A stretch of 64,000 nt of DNA. Origin: Enterobacterales bacterium. Its GTDB lineage: Bacteria; Pseudomonadota; Gammaproteobacteria; Enterobacterales; GCA-2746155. Positions 1 through 11,600 of this stretch are shown piece after piece. The notes under the pieces were generated by a model. The model was given only the letters and a program-made list of their open reading frames with translations, was not told the origin of the DNA and did no database searches. The stretch is from NCBI GenBank assembly GCA_965250035.1, contig OZ252282.1, positions 657,395 through 721,394 on the forward strand, given 5' to 3'. The position numbers and the translations under genes are program-made. The first letter of the stretch is position 1. Every line of letters starts with the position of its first letter.

Positions 1-323
1 TTCTTCAATAGGGCGGCAACCCCATTGCTCAACTTGTCGACAATGCCGTCTTTCCAGGCGATCGTATCGGCAAAATTCAGTTCTGGTGCAGACGTAGAGA
101 TACCCAGGCTAGACTTCTTAGCATGATCACTAATTTCTTCAAAGCGACTCGCTGCATGGATCAGGGCTTTGGATGGAATACAGCCTTTAATCAAACAGGT
201 CCCACCGGGACGTTTCCCCTCGACAATAACTGTATCCAGGCCTAACTGACCACAACGAATGGCAGCAACATAACCACCAGGACCAGCGCCTACGACGAGG
301 ACTTTCGTGTTAATCGTTTCCAT
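1..323 (-). CDS. lpdV: dihydrolipoyl dehydrogenase (E3), N-terminal part; the gene runs off the left edge
   Basis: Not in the ORF track because it is truncated. The reverse complement from the ATG at 323-321 reads [56 protein letters not shown]. This shows the FAD GxGxxG motif and the redox-active CxxxxC. It lies 4 nt downstream of the E2 stop on the same strand. Confidence 0.85.
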   Translation of the reverse strand, partial: METINTKVLVVGAGPGGYVAAIRCGQLGLDTVIVEGKRPGGTCLIKGCIPSKALIHAASRFEEISDHAKKSSLGISTSAPELNFADTIAWKDGIVDKLSNGVAALLK

Positions 324-326
324 TCC

Positions 327-1658
327 TTATTCCTCCATAAACAGCATGGCTGGGTTTTCGAGGAGCGATTTTATCTTCTGTATAAAGAGCGTCGCTTCCC
401 AACCATCGATTATTCGGTGATCGAACGATGAAGAGAGGTTCATAATGTCGCGTGGTACGAAGCCACCATCCTGCCATACTGGACGTTTGGCAATCTTATT
501 GACTCCGACAATGGCAACTTCTGGCGTGTTGATGACCGGTGTATGTACCAGCCCGCCCATGGGCCCCAGACTGGTAACCGTGATGGTAGAGCCATTCAGT
601 TCATCCGCCTTGATTGAACCCTCTCGTGCCGCTGTGGATAGTCGCTTTATCTCTGCCGCAGAATCCCAGATGCTGAGTGATTCACTATGACGAACGACCG
701 GAACCATCAGCCCTTTGTCCGTTTGTGTGGCAATACCTATGTGCGCCGCGGCGTATTCTTCGACGATATTATCCACATCGTTATAACGGCTGCTCATCTG
801 CGGATATTCTCGGATCGCCATGACAATGGCGCGCATGATGAATGGCAGCACGGTTAATTTCGGTTGTGACTCATTGCGTTGAGTATTCAGGTTCTGGCGT
901 AACGTCTCCAATTCGGTCACGTCGATCTCTTCAACATAGGTGAAATGCGGGATCCGTTGTTTTGCGTCCTGCATTACCTGGGCAATTTTACGGCGCAAGC
1001 CAATGACAGGAATTTCCTTCATGCCAGTTAATGCCACACGACCCGAAGCGACTGAGGTTTGACCTTCACCGGCGATAAAAGCATCCAAATCGCTATGCTG
1101 AATTCGCCCAGCGGGCCCTGTTCCGTGTACCTGACGCAGATCGATACCGGCATTTCGGGCGCGTTGACGTACCGCAGGAGCCGCGATTGGCTTTTCGCCC
1201 TCTGGTCTTGGTATTGCGGTTGCTGACTGTGTTGCCGTCGACTGTGCCACAGGTTTAGAAGCAATTGCCGCTGGTTGCTTATTTGGTTCCTGTTTCTGCT
1301 CAGTCGGAGCGGTTACTTCCTCGGCTTGTTTCGCGGCGGGTTTTTCCTGCGTTTCTACTACGGGTGTCGCAGCCGACTCACCGGGTGTCGCATTTGCCTG
1401 AGCCTCATCCGTATGCAGGCGCATCAGTTCTGAACCGACCGGCATCATCTGACCACGCTCAGCGCCCAGGCTTATGACTTCGCCGTCTACCGGGGAGGGG
1501 ATTTCAACGCTAGCCTTGTCGGTCATCACCACACAGACCACGTCATCTTCTTTCACCATGTCACCGACGGCAACGGGCCACTCGATGATTTCTACTTCGG
1601 CAATCCCTTCACCAATATCCGGGAGCTCAATACTGTAATTACCTTTCAAATCACTCAT
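327..1658 (-). CDS. bkdB: branched-chain 2-oxoacid dehydrogenase E2 (lipoamide acyltransferase)
   Basis: 443 aa. Lipoyl domain with MTDKASVEIPSP, an E3-binding segment (PAVRQRARNAGIDLRQVHGTGPAGRI), and the catalytic SFDHRIIDG motif. It sits in an operon after E1 alpha and beta. Confidence 0.9.
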   Translation of the reverse strand: MSDLKGNYSIELPDIGEGIAEVEIIEWPVAVGDMVKEDDVVCVVMTDKASVEIPSPVDGEVISLGAERGQMMPVGSELMRLHTDEAQANATPGESAATPVVETQEKPAAKQAEEVTAPTEQKQEPNKQPAAIASKPVAQSTATQSATAIPRPEGEKPIAAPAVRQRARNAGIDLRQVHGTGPAGRIQHSDLDAFIAGEGQTSVASGRVALTGMKEIPVIGLRRKIAQVMQDAKQRIPHFTYVEEIDVTELETLRQNLNTQRNESQPKLTVLPFIMRAIVMAIREYPQMSSRYNDVDNIVEEYAAAHIGIATQTDKGLMVPVVRHSESLSIWDSAAEIKRLSTAAREGSIKADELNGSTITVTSLGPMGGLVHTPVINTPEVAIVGVNKIAKRPVWQDGGFVPRDIMNLSSSFDHRIIDGWEATLFIQKIKSLLENPAMLFMEE

Positions 1659-1659
1659 C

Positions 1660-2682
1660 TTATTGCTCCATTACTTGTTGTAGGGCGCGTCCGACACGAG
1701 CCGGTCCAGGGAAGTAGTCCCATTCCTGGGCATGGGGGTAGGGGGTGTCCCAACCCGTAATTCGAATGACCGGTGCTTCAAGATAGTGGAAGCAGCGTTC
1801 CTGAACGATGGTAATCAGTTCTGCGCCATAGCCACAGGTCTTGGTCGCTTCATGGACAACCACGCAACGTCCCGTCTTCTTGACGGATGCTTCGATGGCT
1901 TCCTCATCCAATGGCAGCAGGCTTCTTAAGTCAATAATTTCTGCGTCAATCCCGGTTTCTTCTGCAGCAGCCTCGGCGACATGGACCATTGTGCCGTAGG
2001 CCAGGACTGTAACATCATTACCCGGTCGGGTAATTTTTGCCTTACCAATCGGTACTGTGTAATGCCCATCCGGCACCGCACTCAGATCATGACTAGCCCA
2101 GGCTTTGACTGGACGATCATGATGCCCATCGAATGGACCGTTGTACAGTCGCTTGGGTTCCAGGAATATCACGGGATCATCGTCTTCAATAGCCGCAATC
2201 AGCATGCCTTTGGCATCATAGGGATTGGACGGGATAATCGTCTTCAAACCACAAACATGCGTGAAGATAGCCTCTGGACTCTGACTGTGCGTCTGGCCGC
2301 CGAAGATACCCCCACCAACGGGTGTACGGATAGTAATTGGGGCAATGAACTGTCCAGCCGAACGGTAACGGAGTCGCGCTACCTCTGAGGCAATCTGGTC
2401 GTAGGCTGGCAGGATATAGTCAGCAAACTGAATTTCCGGGACCGGTCTTAACCCATAGACACCCATACCAACAGCGGCACCAATGATACCCAATTCACTA
2501 ATGGGTGTGTCGAATACTCTGGACTTGCCATATTTCTTCTGCAGACCATCAGTCGCGCGGAATACGCCACCGAAGTATCCGACATCTTCACCGAATAGTA
2601 CGACGTTGTCGTCATCGGCCATTTTCACATCCATCGCATCACGGATGGCTTCGATCATATTTCGTTTAGTCGTCGCTGCCAT
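1660..2682 (-). CDS. bkdA2: 2-oxoisovalerate dehydrogenase E1 beta subunit
   Basis: 340 aa with a typical E1-beta sequence (FGEDVGYFGGVFRAT, EFxDY-type region). Tightly coupled to the flanking E1 alpha and E2 genes. Confidence 0.92.
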   Translation of the reverse strand: MAATTKRNMIEAIRDAMDVKMADDDNVVLFGEDVGYFGGVFRATDGLQKKYGKSRVFDTPISELGIIGAAVGMGVYGLRPVPEIQFADYILPAYDQIASEVARLRYRSAGQFIAPITIRTPVGGGIFGGQTHSQSPEAIFTHVCGLKTIIPSNPYDAKGMLIAAIEDDDPVIFLEPKRLYNGPFDGHHDRPVKAWASHDLSAVPDGHYTVPIGKAKITRPGNDVTVLAYGTMVHVAEAAAEETGIDAEIIDLRSLLPLDEEAIEASVKKTGRCVVVHEATKTCGYGAELITIVQERCFHYLEAPVIRITGWDTPYPHAQEWDYFPGPARVGRALQQVMEQ

Positions 2683-2684
2683 GC

Positions 2685-3965
<1,281 letters not shown>

Positions 3966-4125
3966 CTATTTAAATGAGGCGTGATTTTAGCACAAACAAG
4001 GCTGAATTTTCATGCCAAAAATCTGCTTCAAACGGACATTTAATGGCATAATAATTTAACAAAATATAAATAATTGATATTATGTGTTAATAAATGAGCA
4101 TTAATTGAATTAATGAGGTTAAACC

Positions 4126-4605
4126 ATGGCTTTATCTGAACTCGATGAAATCGATCTGCAAATCTTGCGAATACTTCAGAACGATGCAGCGATATCCAAT
4201 GCCGATCTGGCAGAACAGGTATCGCTCTCTCCATCGCCCTGTGCCCGTCGTGTGAGACTACTCGAACAGAAGGGTTACATCCGTCAGCAGGTAACATTAC
4301 TGGACAATAAAAAACTCGGCCTGTCCGTTACCATGTTCGTACAAATTACCTTAAGTCGACAACGGAAGAAATCACTCGATGCGTTTGAAAGTGTCATCTC
4401 CGGATGGCCTGAAGTCATGGAATGTTACCTAATGACGGGTGATATCGATTACCTGCTCAGAGTCTTACTACCCGATTTAGAAGCCTGCCAGCAGTTCCTC
4501 GATAAGCTAACCGATGTTGATGCCATCGGTCATGTGCGGAGTAGTTTGTCTCTAAAACAGGTACGTTACAAAACCGAGATCCCACTGGATCATGCCATCC
4601 ACTAG
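4126..4605 (+). CDS. bkdR: Lrp/AsnC-family transcriptional regulator, divergent from the bkd operon (BkdR-like)
   Basis: 159 aa. N-terminal HTH (LDEIDLQILRILQNDAAISNADLAEQVSLSPSPCARRVRLLEQKGYI) plus an AsnC-type ligand domain. The divergent arrangement matches Pseudomonas bkdR. Confidence 0.8.
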   Translation: MALSELDEIDLQILRILQNDAAISNADLAEQVSLSPSPCARRVRLLEQKGYIRQQVTLLDNKKLGLSVTMFVQITLSRQRKKSLDAFESVISGWPEVMECYLMTGDIDYLLRVLLPDLEACQQFLDKLTDVDAIGHVRSSLSLKQVRYKTEIPLDHAIH

Positions 4606-4757
4606 TAGAATGTGCATGAATTAGGCACTTTAGCGCCTACAGAGGTTTTTATCATTTTCGAACTTATTTATAATCTGCAGGTTTTAGCCATTGATATATC
4701 AACGAATCGTAACCATTGATTAACAATGCAGTTTTTATCAACATAGATAACAATTAA

Positions 4758-7391
4758 ATGACCACACAAATACCCTACATGACGACCAATGAAATCCGCA
4801 GCAAGTTTCTGGATTTCTTTGCCCGTAACGAACATCAGATTGTCGCTTCCAGCCCCTTGGTGCCCGGTAATGATCCAACGCTGTTGTTCACCAACGCCGG
4901 CATGGTGCAATTCAAAGACACATTCCTCGGCACCGACCCACGCTCTTATGTTAGAGCCACATCCTCGCAACGATGTGTACGTGCTGGTGGGAAGCACAAT
5001 GATTTGGATAATGTAGGTTATACGGCACGGCATCATACCTTCTTTGAGATGCTGGGTAATTTCAGTTTCGGTGATTATTTCAAAGAGGATGCTATACGTT
5101 TTGCCTGGGAATTTCTAACCAAGGAATTAAAGCTGCCGGAAGAGCGCCTGTGGGTGACGGTCTACATCGATGACGATGAGGCGGCGGATATCTGGTTCAA
5201 TAAAATCGGCATAAATCAGGAACGCTTTAGTCGTATGGGCGAGAAGGACAATTTCTGGTCGATGGGTGATACCGGCCCTTGCGGTCCTTGCTCCGAGATC
5301 TTCTTTGATCACGGTCCAGAGGTTGCTGGAGGTCCCCCAGGTTCTCCGGACGAAGATGGTGATCGCTACATTGAAATCTGGAACCTGGTATTCATGCAAT
5401 TCGACCGTTCGGCTGACGGTGAGCTGACGCCACTTCCTAATCCGTCAATCGATACTGGCATGGGACTGGAGCGCACAGCAGCGATCATGCAGGACGTGCA
5501 CAGCAATTATCAGATTGATTTATTTCAGGCGTTGATAAACCGACTGAAAGCAGATAATCAGTTGGCTGAAGACGTTTCATCGGCATCACTGAATGTCATC
5601 GCCGATCACATCCGTTCTTGTGCCTTCCTTATCGCAGATGGCGTGATACCGGCGAATGAGGGCAGGGGCTATGTATTGCGCCGAATCATCCGCAGGGCGG
5701 TTCGCCATGGCCACAAACTCGGTATCGATACGAATTTCTTCTATAAAATGGTGCAGCCTTTGGTGGATCAGATGGGGCATGCCTATCCTGAACTTAAAGA
5801 GCAGCAGGCGCATATCGAGAAACTACTTCTGCGTGAAGAAGAACAGTTTCTACGGACTCTGGAAAACGGCTTGCGTATCTTCGAGGCTGAAACGTCCGAT
5901 CTTAGTGATCAGACCATACCCGGCGAATTAATCTTCAAGCTTTATGATACCTATGGCTTCCCAACCGATTTGACGGCAGATATTGCCCGAGAGCGTGCAT
6001 TGGAAATGGACATGACCGGTTTTGAGGCCTGCATGCAGATACAAAGAGACAAGGCACGCTCTGCCAGTAAATTTGGTATGGCTGATAACGAAGAATTGGA
6101 ATTTAGTTCTCAGACAGCCTTTGAAGGCTATCAGCATGAGCAGGGCGAAGCGAAAATTCTCTATCTCAGCAAGGCGAACGCATCGGTGGATACGCTTGAA
6201 ACCGGAGAGGAGGGTGCTCTGGTACTCGACAAGACGCCATTTTATGCAGAGTCTGGTGGCCAGGTCGGTGATACTGGAATCATCGAGACGGACAGTATGC
6301 GATTTGCTGTCAATGACACTCAAAAGCAGCAAGATATGTTCATTCATTATGGCAAGGTCATTGAAGGGAATCTGGCGGTCGGTGATACGGTTCGTTGCGC
6401 GATTGATGAGGAACGCCGGAAAGCAATCAAAGCAAATCATTCGGCGACACATCTAATGCACGCGGCATTGCAACAGGTGCTAGGCAATCATGTGCAACAG
6501 AAGGGGTCATTAGTAAACGAACATTATCTTAGGTTTGATTTTTCTCATACCGATCCGGTGACCGATGACGAGCTGGATGCGATTGAACGACTCGTTAATG
6601 ACGAAATACGCGCCAATAACCCTGTACAAACTGAATTGATGAGCCCAGATGACGCACAGCAAGCGGGTGCTATGGCGCTGTTTGGCGAAAAGTATGGTGA
6701 TCTGGTACGCGTCCTGACGATGGGCGACTTTTCCAAAGAACTATGTGGTGGGACGCACGTCACGAGTACGGGCGATATTGGGCTGTTCCGAATCAGCGGT
6801 GAAACAGGCATTGCCGCAGGTATTCGTCGAATCGAAGCGGTCACCGCAGCGGGAGCCGTTGATTTTACCCTGTCACAACAACAGACGATTAAACGATTGG
6901 CCGGATTATTAAAAACCGATGCCAATCATAGCGTAGAAAAGGTCGAGCAATTACAGAAGAAAACTAAGCAACTGGAACGTGAGATTGAGAAGCTTAATGC
7001 ACGTATCGCCTCAGGATCAGGCTCTAGTCTGGATGACAGCATTCAGACGGTTGGTGATTTCAAGTTGATCGTTTGCCGTATTGATGACATAGAACCGAAG
7101 GCACTTCGTGAGACAGTGGATAAGCTGAAGGATAAAATTCAGACTGGTATTGTCGTCATGGCAACCGTACGAGGCGATAAGATCAGCCTCATCGCAGGTG
7201 TAACTAAGACCCTCACCAAGCAAATTAATGCCGGTACGGTGGTTAATCATCTCGCAAATCAGGTTGGTGGTAAGGGCGGAGGTCGTCCGGATATGGCCCA
7301 AGCGGGTGGTGATGATGTCGGCGCACTCGATGAAGCCATAAAATCTACCGAGATATGGTTAAAGGACCAACTCGCCTCATTAGAGGCCTAA
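4758..7391 (+). CDS. alaS: alanine--tRNA ligase
   Basis: 877 aa. Class II core ([18 protein letters not shown]), the HSATHLMH motif of the editing/second domain, and a C-terminal [12 protein letters not shown]. The start could also be the second Met at 4776. Confidence 0.97.
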   Translation: MTTQIPYMTTNEIRSKFLDFFARNEHQIVASSPLVPGNDPTLLFTNAGMVQFKDTFLGTDPRSYVRATSSQRCVRAGGKHNDLDNVGYTARHHTFFEMLGNFSFGDYFKEDAIRFAWEFLTKELKLPEERLWVTVYIDDDEAADIWFNKIGINQERFSRMGEKDNFWSMGDTGPCGPCSEIFFDHGPEVAGGPPGSPDEDGDRYIEIWNLVFMQFDRSADGELTPLPNPSIDTGMGLERTAAIMQDVHSNYQIDLFQALINRLKADNQLAEDVSSASLNVIADHIRSCAFLIADGVIPANEGRGYVLRRIIRRAVRHGHKLGIDTNFFYKMVQPLVDQMGHAYPELKEQQAHIEKLLLREEEQFLRTLENGLRIFEAETSDLSDQTIPGELIFKLYDTYGFPTDLTADIARERALEMDMTGFEACMQIQRDKARSASKFGMADNEELEFSSQTAFEGYQHEQGEAKILYLSKANASVDTLETGEEGALVLDKTPFYAESGGQVGDTGIIETDSMRFAVNDTQKQQDMFIHYGKVIEGNLAVGDTVRCAIDEERRKAIKANHSATHLMHAALQQVLGNHVQQKGSLVNEHYLRFDFSHTDPVTDDELDAIERLVNDEIRANNPVQTELMSPDDAQQAGAMALFGEKYGDLVRVLTMGDFSKELCGGTHVTSTGDIGLFRISGETGIAAGIRRIEAVTAAGAVDFTLSQQQTIKRLAGLLKTDANHSVEKVEQLQKKTKQLEREIEKLNARIASGSGSSLDDSIQTVGDFKLIVCRIDDIEPKALRETVDKLKDKIQTGIVVMATVRGDKISLIAGVTKTLTKQINAGTVVNHLANQVGGKGGGRPDMAQAGGDDVGALDEAIKSTEIWLKDQLASLEA

Positions 7392-7604
7392 AACCGGTAT
7401 TGTTACAAAAAAAAGACACTTTAATAGCGCAATAATCAAATGAATATGACATGTTGCTTGAATAGTGGCGTTTAAACGCAAATTTTGTAATTTTTGCTAA
7501 CAATTTAAATGATATGGACTATAATGAATCTAAGAACGCGTGGACTTTTTAGTAATAAAAAGTGTTGAGCTGTCAGGAATAGTGCTCACCAAGGGAGTAA
7601 CAAC

Positions 7605-7802
7605 ATGCTTATATTAACCCGCAGAGTTGGCGAGACGTTAATGATTGGAGATGACGTCACGGTAACCGTATTAGGTGTTAAAGGCAACCAAGTCAGAATC
7701 GGGGTAAACGCACCCAAAGAAGTATCTGTACACAGGGAAGAAATTTACCTGCGTATCCAGGGTGAAAAAGATGATAACGAACCTGACGGTAATAAACTCT
7801 AA
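7605..7802 (+). CDS. csrA: carbon storage regulator CsrA
   Basis: 65 aa beginning [55 protein letters not shown] lies upstream. Confidence 0.97.
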   Translation: MLILTRRVGETLMIGDDVTVTVLGVKGNQVRIGVNAPKEVSVHREEIYLRIQGEKDDNEPDGNKL

Positions 7803-7852
7803 CTAGTTTCGAACAACTCACCGCCAGCAATTCAATTTATCCATTCTAACTA

Positions 7853-7893
7853 TTGCTTTTTAAATCAAATCAGGTATATTTCTGCGCTCGTAC
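7853..7893 (+). promoter_or_regulatory. candidate sigma70 tRNA promoter with GC-rich discriminator
   Basis: TTGCTT (7853-7858), a 16-nt spacer, TATATT (7875-7880), then the discriminator tctGCGCtcg. This sits directly before the first GGAGAGG tRNA-like 5' end. Confidence 0.45.
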
Positions 7894-7908
7894 GGAGAGG
7901 TGGCCGAG
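7891..7908 (+). repeat. 18-nt duplicate of the tRNA-Ser 5' end plus 3 upstream nt (TACGGAGAGGTGGCCGAG)
   Basis: Identical to 8029-8046. After nt 7908 the sequence diverges and no acceptor 3' strand follows, so it is a fragment and not a second tRNA. Confidence 0.7.
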
Positions 7909-8031
7909 GCGTAAGTCACGTTGTCTGCAAAGCACCGCTTTGCGTGACTTGAGCGACGATAATCTGTGATTATCGGCAGTGTGATCGATCTGGCACGTCC
8001 CAACCGACGCGCATACAATTTGAAGTTTTAC

Positions 8032-8124
8032 GGAGAGGTGGCCGAGCGGCTGAAGGCGCTCCCCTGCTAAGGGAGTATAGGGTTTGTAGCCCTATCGAGG
8101 GTTCGAATCCCTCTCTCTCCGCCA
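8032..8124 (+). tRNA. serV: tRNA-Ser (anticodon GCU), class II with long variable arm
   Basis: The hand-folded cloverleaf is as follows. Acceptor GGAGAGG/TCTCTCC. D-arm GCCGAGCGGCTGAAGGC. Anticodon stem CTCCC/GGGAG with loop CTGCTAA. Variable arm TATAGGGTTTGTAGCCCTATC. T-arm GAGGG-TTCGAAT-CCCTC. Discriminator G and an encoded CCA. Its position after csrA matches E. coli serV. Confidence 0.93.
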
Positions 8125-8164
8125 GATACAAAAAAAGCTCCATTCTTGGGGCTTTTTTTGTATC
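8125..8164 (+). terminator. rho-independent (bidirectional-looking) terminator after the tRNA
   Basis: GATACAAAAAAAGC (8125-8138) is the perfect reverse complement of GCTTTTTTTGTATC (8151-8164). There is an A-run on the left arm and a T-run on the right arm. Confidence 0.7.
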
Positions 8165-8195
8165 TGACAGAGTTAGAGTTTGATTCTCACACTCA

Positions 8196-8309
8196 GGGTT
8201 CGACCGAACGCATGCGTTTGGGACGCGTAGCAGTCAGAAAGACTGCGTTAGCGCCCGAAGGGCAAGATTCGTAGAAGCAATACGAATCTTGTCTATCCCT
8301 CTCTCTCTC
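8196..8309 (+). repeat. tRNA-Ser T-arm/3'-end fragment split by a 91-nt hairpin-rich insert
   Basis: GGGTTCGA (8196-8203) and ATCCCTCTCTCTCTC (8295-8309) together reproduce the tRNA segment GGGTTCGA|ATCCCTCTCTCTC. The insert contains a perfect 10-bp hairpin, AAGATTCGTA...TACGAATCTT. Confidence 0.5.
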
Positions 8310-8683
8310 AAATATTAGTCTATTTTCTCATTTGTTAGGTTTTTTGTTAGAAATTTGTTTGGGTTTTGTCAAAATTGACAGGGGGATTTGAGATTGCTTT
8401 TATTGGACACACATCTTATAGAGGAGTAAATTAATATTTCTACAAGGGAGTAATGACTGACGTCAAGGAAAATACAGAGACTATTTCATATGGAGTAATA
8501 TCTAGCTCTCCCTTCTTTTAATGAACTGTTATGCAGTCGAACTTTATACAATCGACTCTAAATAACCACAATTAAGTAAACTGAGCTCTCAAGATTATTC
8601 CAGAATATCTTGTGTGAGATGGGTTTATTTAAGAGGTCTCAATAACTGGATGAAATAATAGCAACTAATTAAGAGGGATTTTA

Positions 8684-11600
8684 ATGGTCGATTTGCGATC
8701 ACAACTATGTACAGATGTAGGTGAGTTTCTGTCTGCGTATAAGTACAAAGAAACTGTAGCTATTGCAGCAGGTCTACTGACACTTCCAAGACTTTCAGCG
8801 AATTCAATAAGGTGTGAAACTCTAGCGCATCTTGCAGTTGCTTACTCGAGAGGAAATAGTCAACCTAACAGAACAACATTCAATACTGCACTAAATGATT
8901 TACTGGGCAACACTAAAGTTGCAATGTTAGAAGACCCTCAAGAGGATGTTTTTGTTTCAAATATCTTAACTGAGATTGGAGATCTTAGGGTGTTTAATGC
9001 ACTTTGGGAAGCCAATGATTACTTCATTCAAGTCCTGATTGATATCGTAACTCGGTACAAGGTACCTGATAGTCTCCAGCAAATAAGAGAGAGCTGTATA
9101 TCTTTGCTCAAATTGAGTGAGGAGGTTGCTTCACGATCTAACTTATCCAGAAATTTCAGTGAAAATTCACGAGACAAACAGAATATCAATGTTCCTAGGT
9201 CCAGTAAATTTGATTCCTTGTCTAAACGAGTTACGTTTACTAATGACGAATTGGAGAACCTAGGGATATCGGTCGAATCAATAGCTCCATTTGTCATTTC
9301 AAATGATGATTTAGTCAATTTGACGCAATCAAAAGTCGGAAACTCAATTTTAGAAAGAAAACCAGTTGTTGAAATTGACGGTAGTTACATACTTACTATT
9401 CCAAGTGCAGTAGGAATAGCTATCAGGTATTACTTTTTAGCTGGTTGTGAAGCAAATAGTAGCTTGAGTGTTTTTTCGAGACTACTAGCTGATTATCAAG
9501 CTAAACAATTAACAGATGATATTCTATTTGAATTCAAAGGCTCATTTAAATCAATAAAGCCTGAGTTGCCTGATATCGCAAATATACCTTCAATGCATGC
9601 GTTGTTATTAAAGGATAATTCTGGAACTTATCTTCATGCAGTTATTCTACATGATAAAAATGAACAAATAATTGATGAAGGTATGGATAGTTACTTTATC
9701 CCTTCAGAAGAGCAAATTGAGGCTCTTAATCAATTTTTCCATGCAGTCGCTGAATGCTGTAAATCACAGGATGATTTTGTATCGGGTTCTTCGCTAATCA
9801 CGTTTGGTGGTCTAGGAAGAGGATATAACCTCGGATTTGATAAATGGCCTGATGACTGGGGTTTTACTGCACTAAGCTTAAATGACTTACTCTTATTAAG
9901 TAATTCTAAAAGTAGACCTTTAGAGGAATTGTTTGAATGTATAAGACAGAAGCAGTGGATGGAAGACAACGGTGTAAAGGTACATAACATCAATGGAGAT
10001 ATGAATTATTTTGGATTTTGGAAGCAAAATGACTACAAGTGTATTCCTGATGAGATTCCTGTTTCAGAAAATGGCTTCATCAGTTTATACACTGATTTTG
10101 TGTTTTCTCTTAGAAGAGATTTGAGAATAGTAGGAGACAAACATAGCGTTAAATTTATCGACGGTACCTGGAAGAGAGTTGAGCGATTAACAAGAGATTC
10201 TTTTTATGAAGGGATGAAGAATAAACCAATTTACGCATCTGTCGATCACATACTTAGTGGTGTTCTGAATGGACTTGTCGAATCAGACTTTATTTACCTT
10301 TGGTTCGGAGTAGAGTTTGAAAATGAAACATTAGAACGGTCAATGATCTACGAGTGGTGGTCTGGTTTCATTGATTCGGTAGAAGAAGCTCTCAGTTTTA
10401 TCTCCTCTAATGTAACCATTGAAGAGTGTTATTCGTTACAAGTACTAATTGATTTTTCGAATATTACATCAACTGAACAGCTGAATTTAGATTCTCAAGA
10501 AAATAGAGGTTACAGTGTTAATTGGAATATTGATGTTTGTACAATACAACTTGCACCAAATTTCTTGGCAAATTTTGCACAAGTAGACAATGTTGGTGAA
10601 AAGTTAGTTCTTTATCAAATTCTATACAGTATTTCAGACTATTTGGCTGGGAAGGGGCATGATATTTATGAGTATATCGATAGAGCCATAGACCATGTTT
10701 TAGGTGATTCGGGTGTTCGGCTTCTCCATATATTTATGTCATTTGATCAAGCTGAATTTTTACTAAATTCAGAGTCACGCAAACCAATATTTATCGACAA
10801 AAAGAAAACAACATTTGATTTAATTCGAATTAGTAAGTCTTTGGGGTTATACAACGAGGAGTATATAGGGAAGCGTAATTGTGGTGCAATTTTACATAGT
10901 CTTGTCGACGAAATTTGGGTCAGAATTAGTGCTGTTTTATCTAAGGTAAAAAAGAAATCTATACTAAATGAGTTAGTATCACTTGTTAATGCGATAGAGC
11001 AAGATCGCGGGCAGTGGAACAGAACGGCACGAGCCGTTTATGCAATTTATTCTAAACATGACGATGTTATTAGGGTCGCTCGTGATAGAGAGTCCAATAG
11101 GAGTTTGGCATCTTTATGCTTACGTTCATTAATTGAAATGTCATTATGTGAATGTCCTGACGAATCAGAAATACTTATTAATGAGGCTATTATTGGTGAT
11201 TTACTCTCACTTACTTCTTTATTAGTAAATATCGCTTCAGATTCTGATGCTATTCACTGGGGGCTCGTTGCTCCAAAACTAATCTTAAACATGAATGGCA
11301 CATATTTAATTCCTACAGATGTAATGGATGAAATGCTAGTACCTTACTATACAGGGCACTTTGGTATTCAATTTGGAGGAGCAATAGAAGATTATGAAGA
11401 TCTTTATGATGCAAAGGAAATTGAGAAGACAGATGTTCAAGTTGGTGTTTTTGGCGAAGAGTTTGATAATGCTTTATCTGAAGAATATGGGCTTTTAGCA
11501 CATCATATAATCGAATGTTGGTCAGAAATCATTGACCTGCATATAGAATCATCCTGTACATCGATAACAATTAGCCGGGATGCCATAATCAGTCATATTG

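Noticed and set aside
5928-6925. Long antisense or alternate-frame ORFs inside alaS (5928-6452, 6022-6456, 6545-6925). Similar ones occur inside bkd genes, rsgA (45920-46465), ETF-QO (57984-58433) and etfA.
   Set aside because: They are fully embedded in confidently identified conserved genes. They lack start contexts, and their composition is typical of shadow frames in GC-richer coding DNA.
7894-8028. A possible second tRNA-Ser gene, or an intron-containing tRNA, starting GGAGAGGTGGCCGAG.
   Set aside because: After 15 tRNA-like nucleotides the similarity stops. No complementary acceptor 3' strand, T-arm or anticodon arm follows before the real tRNA begins.
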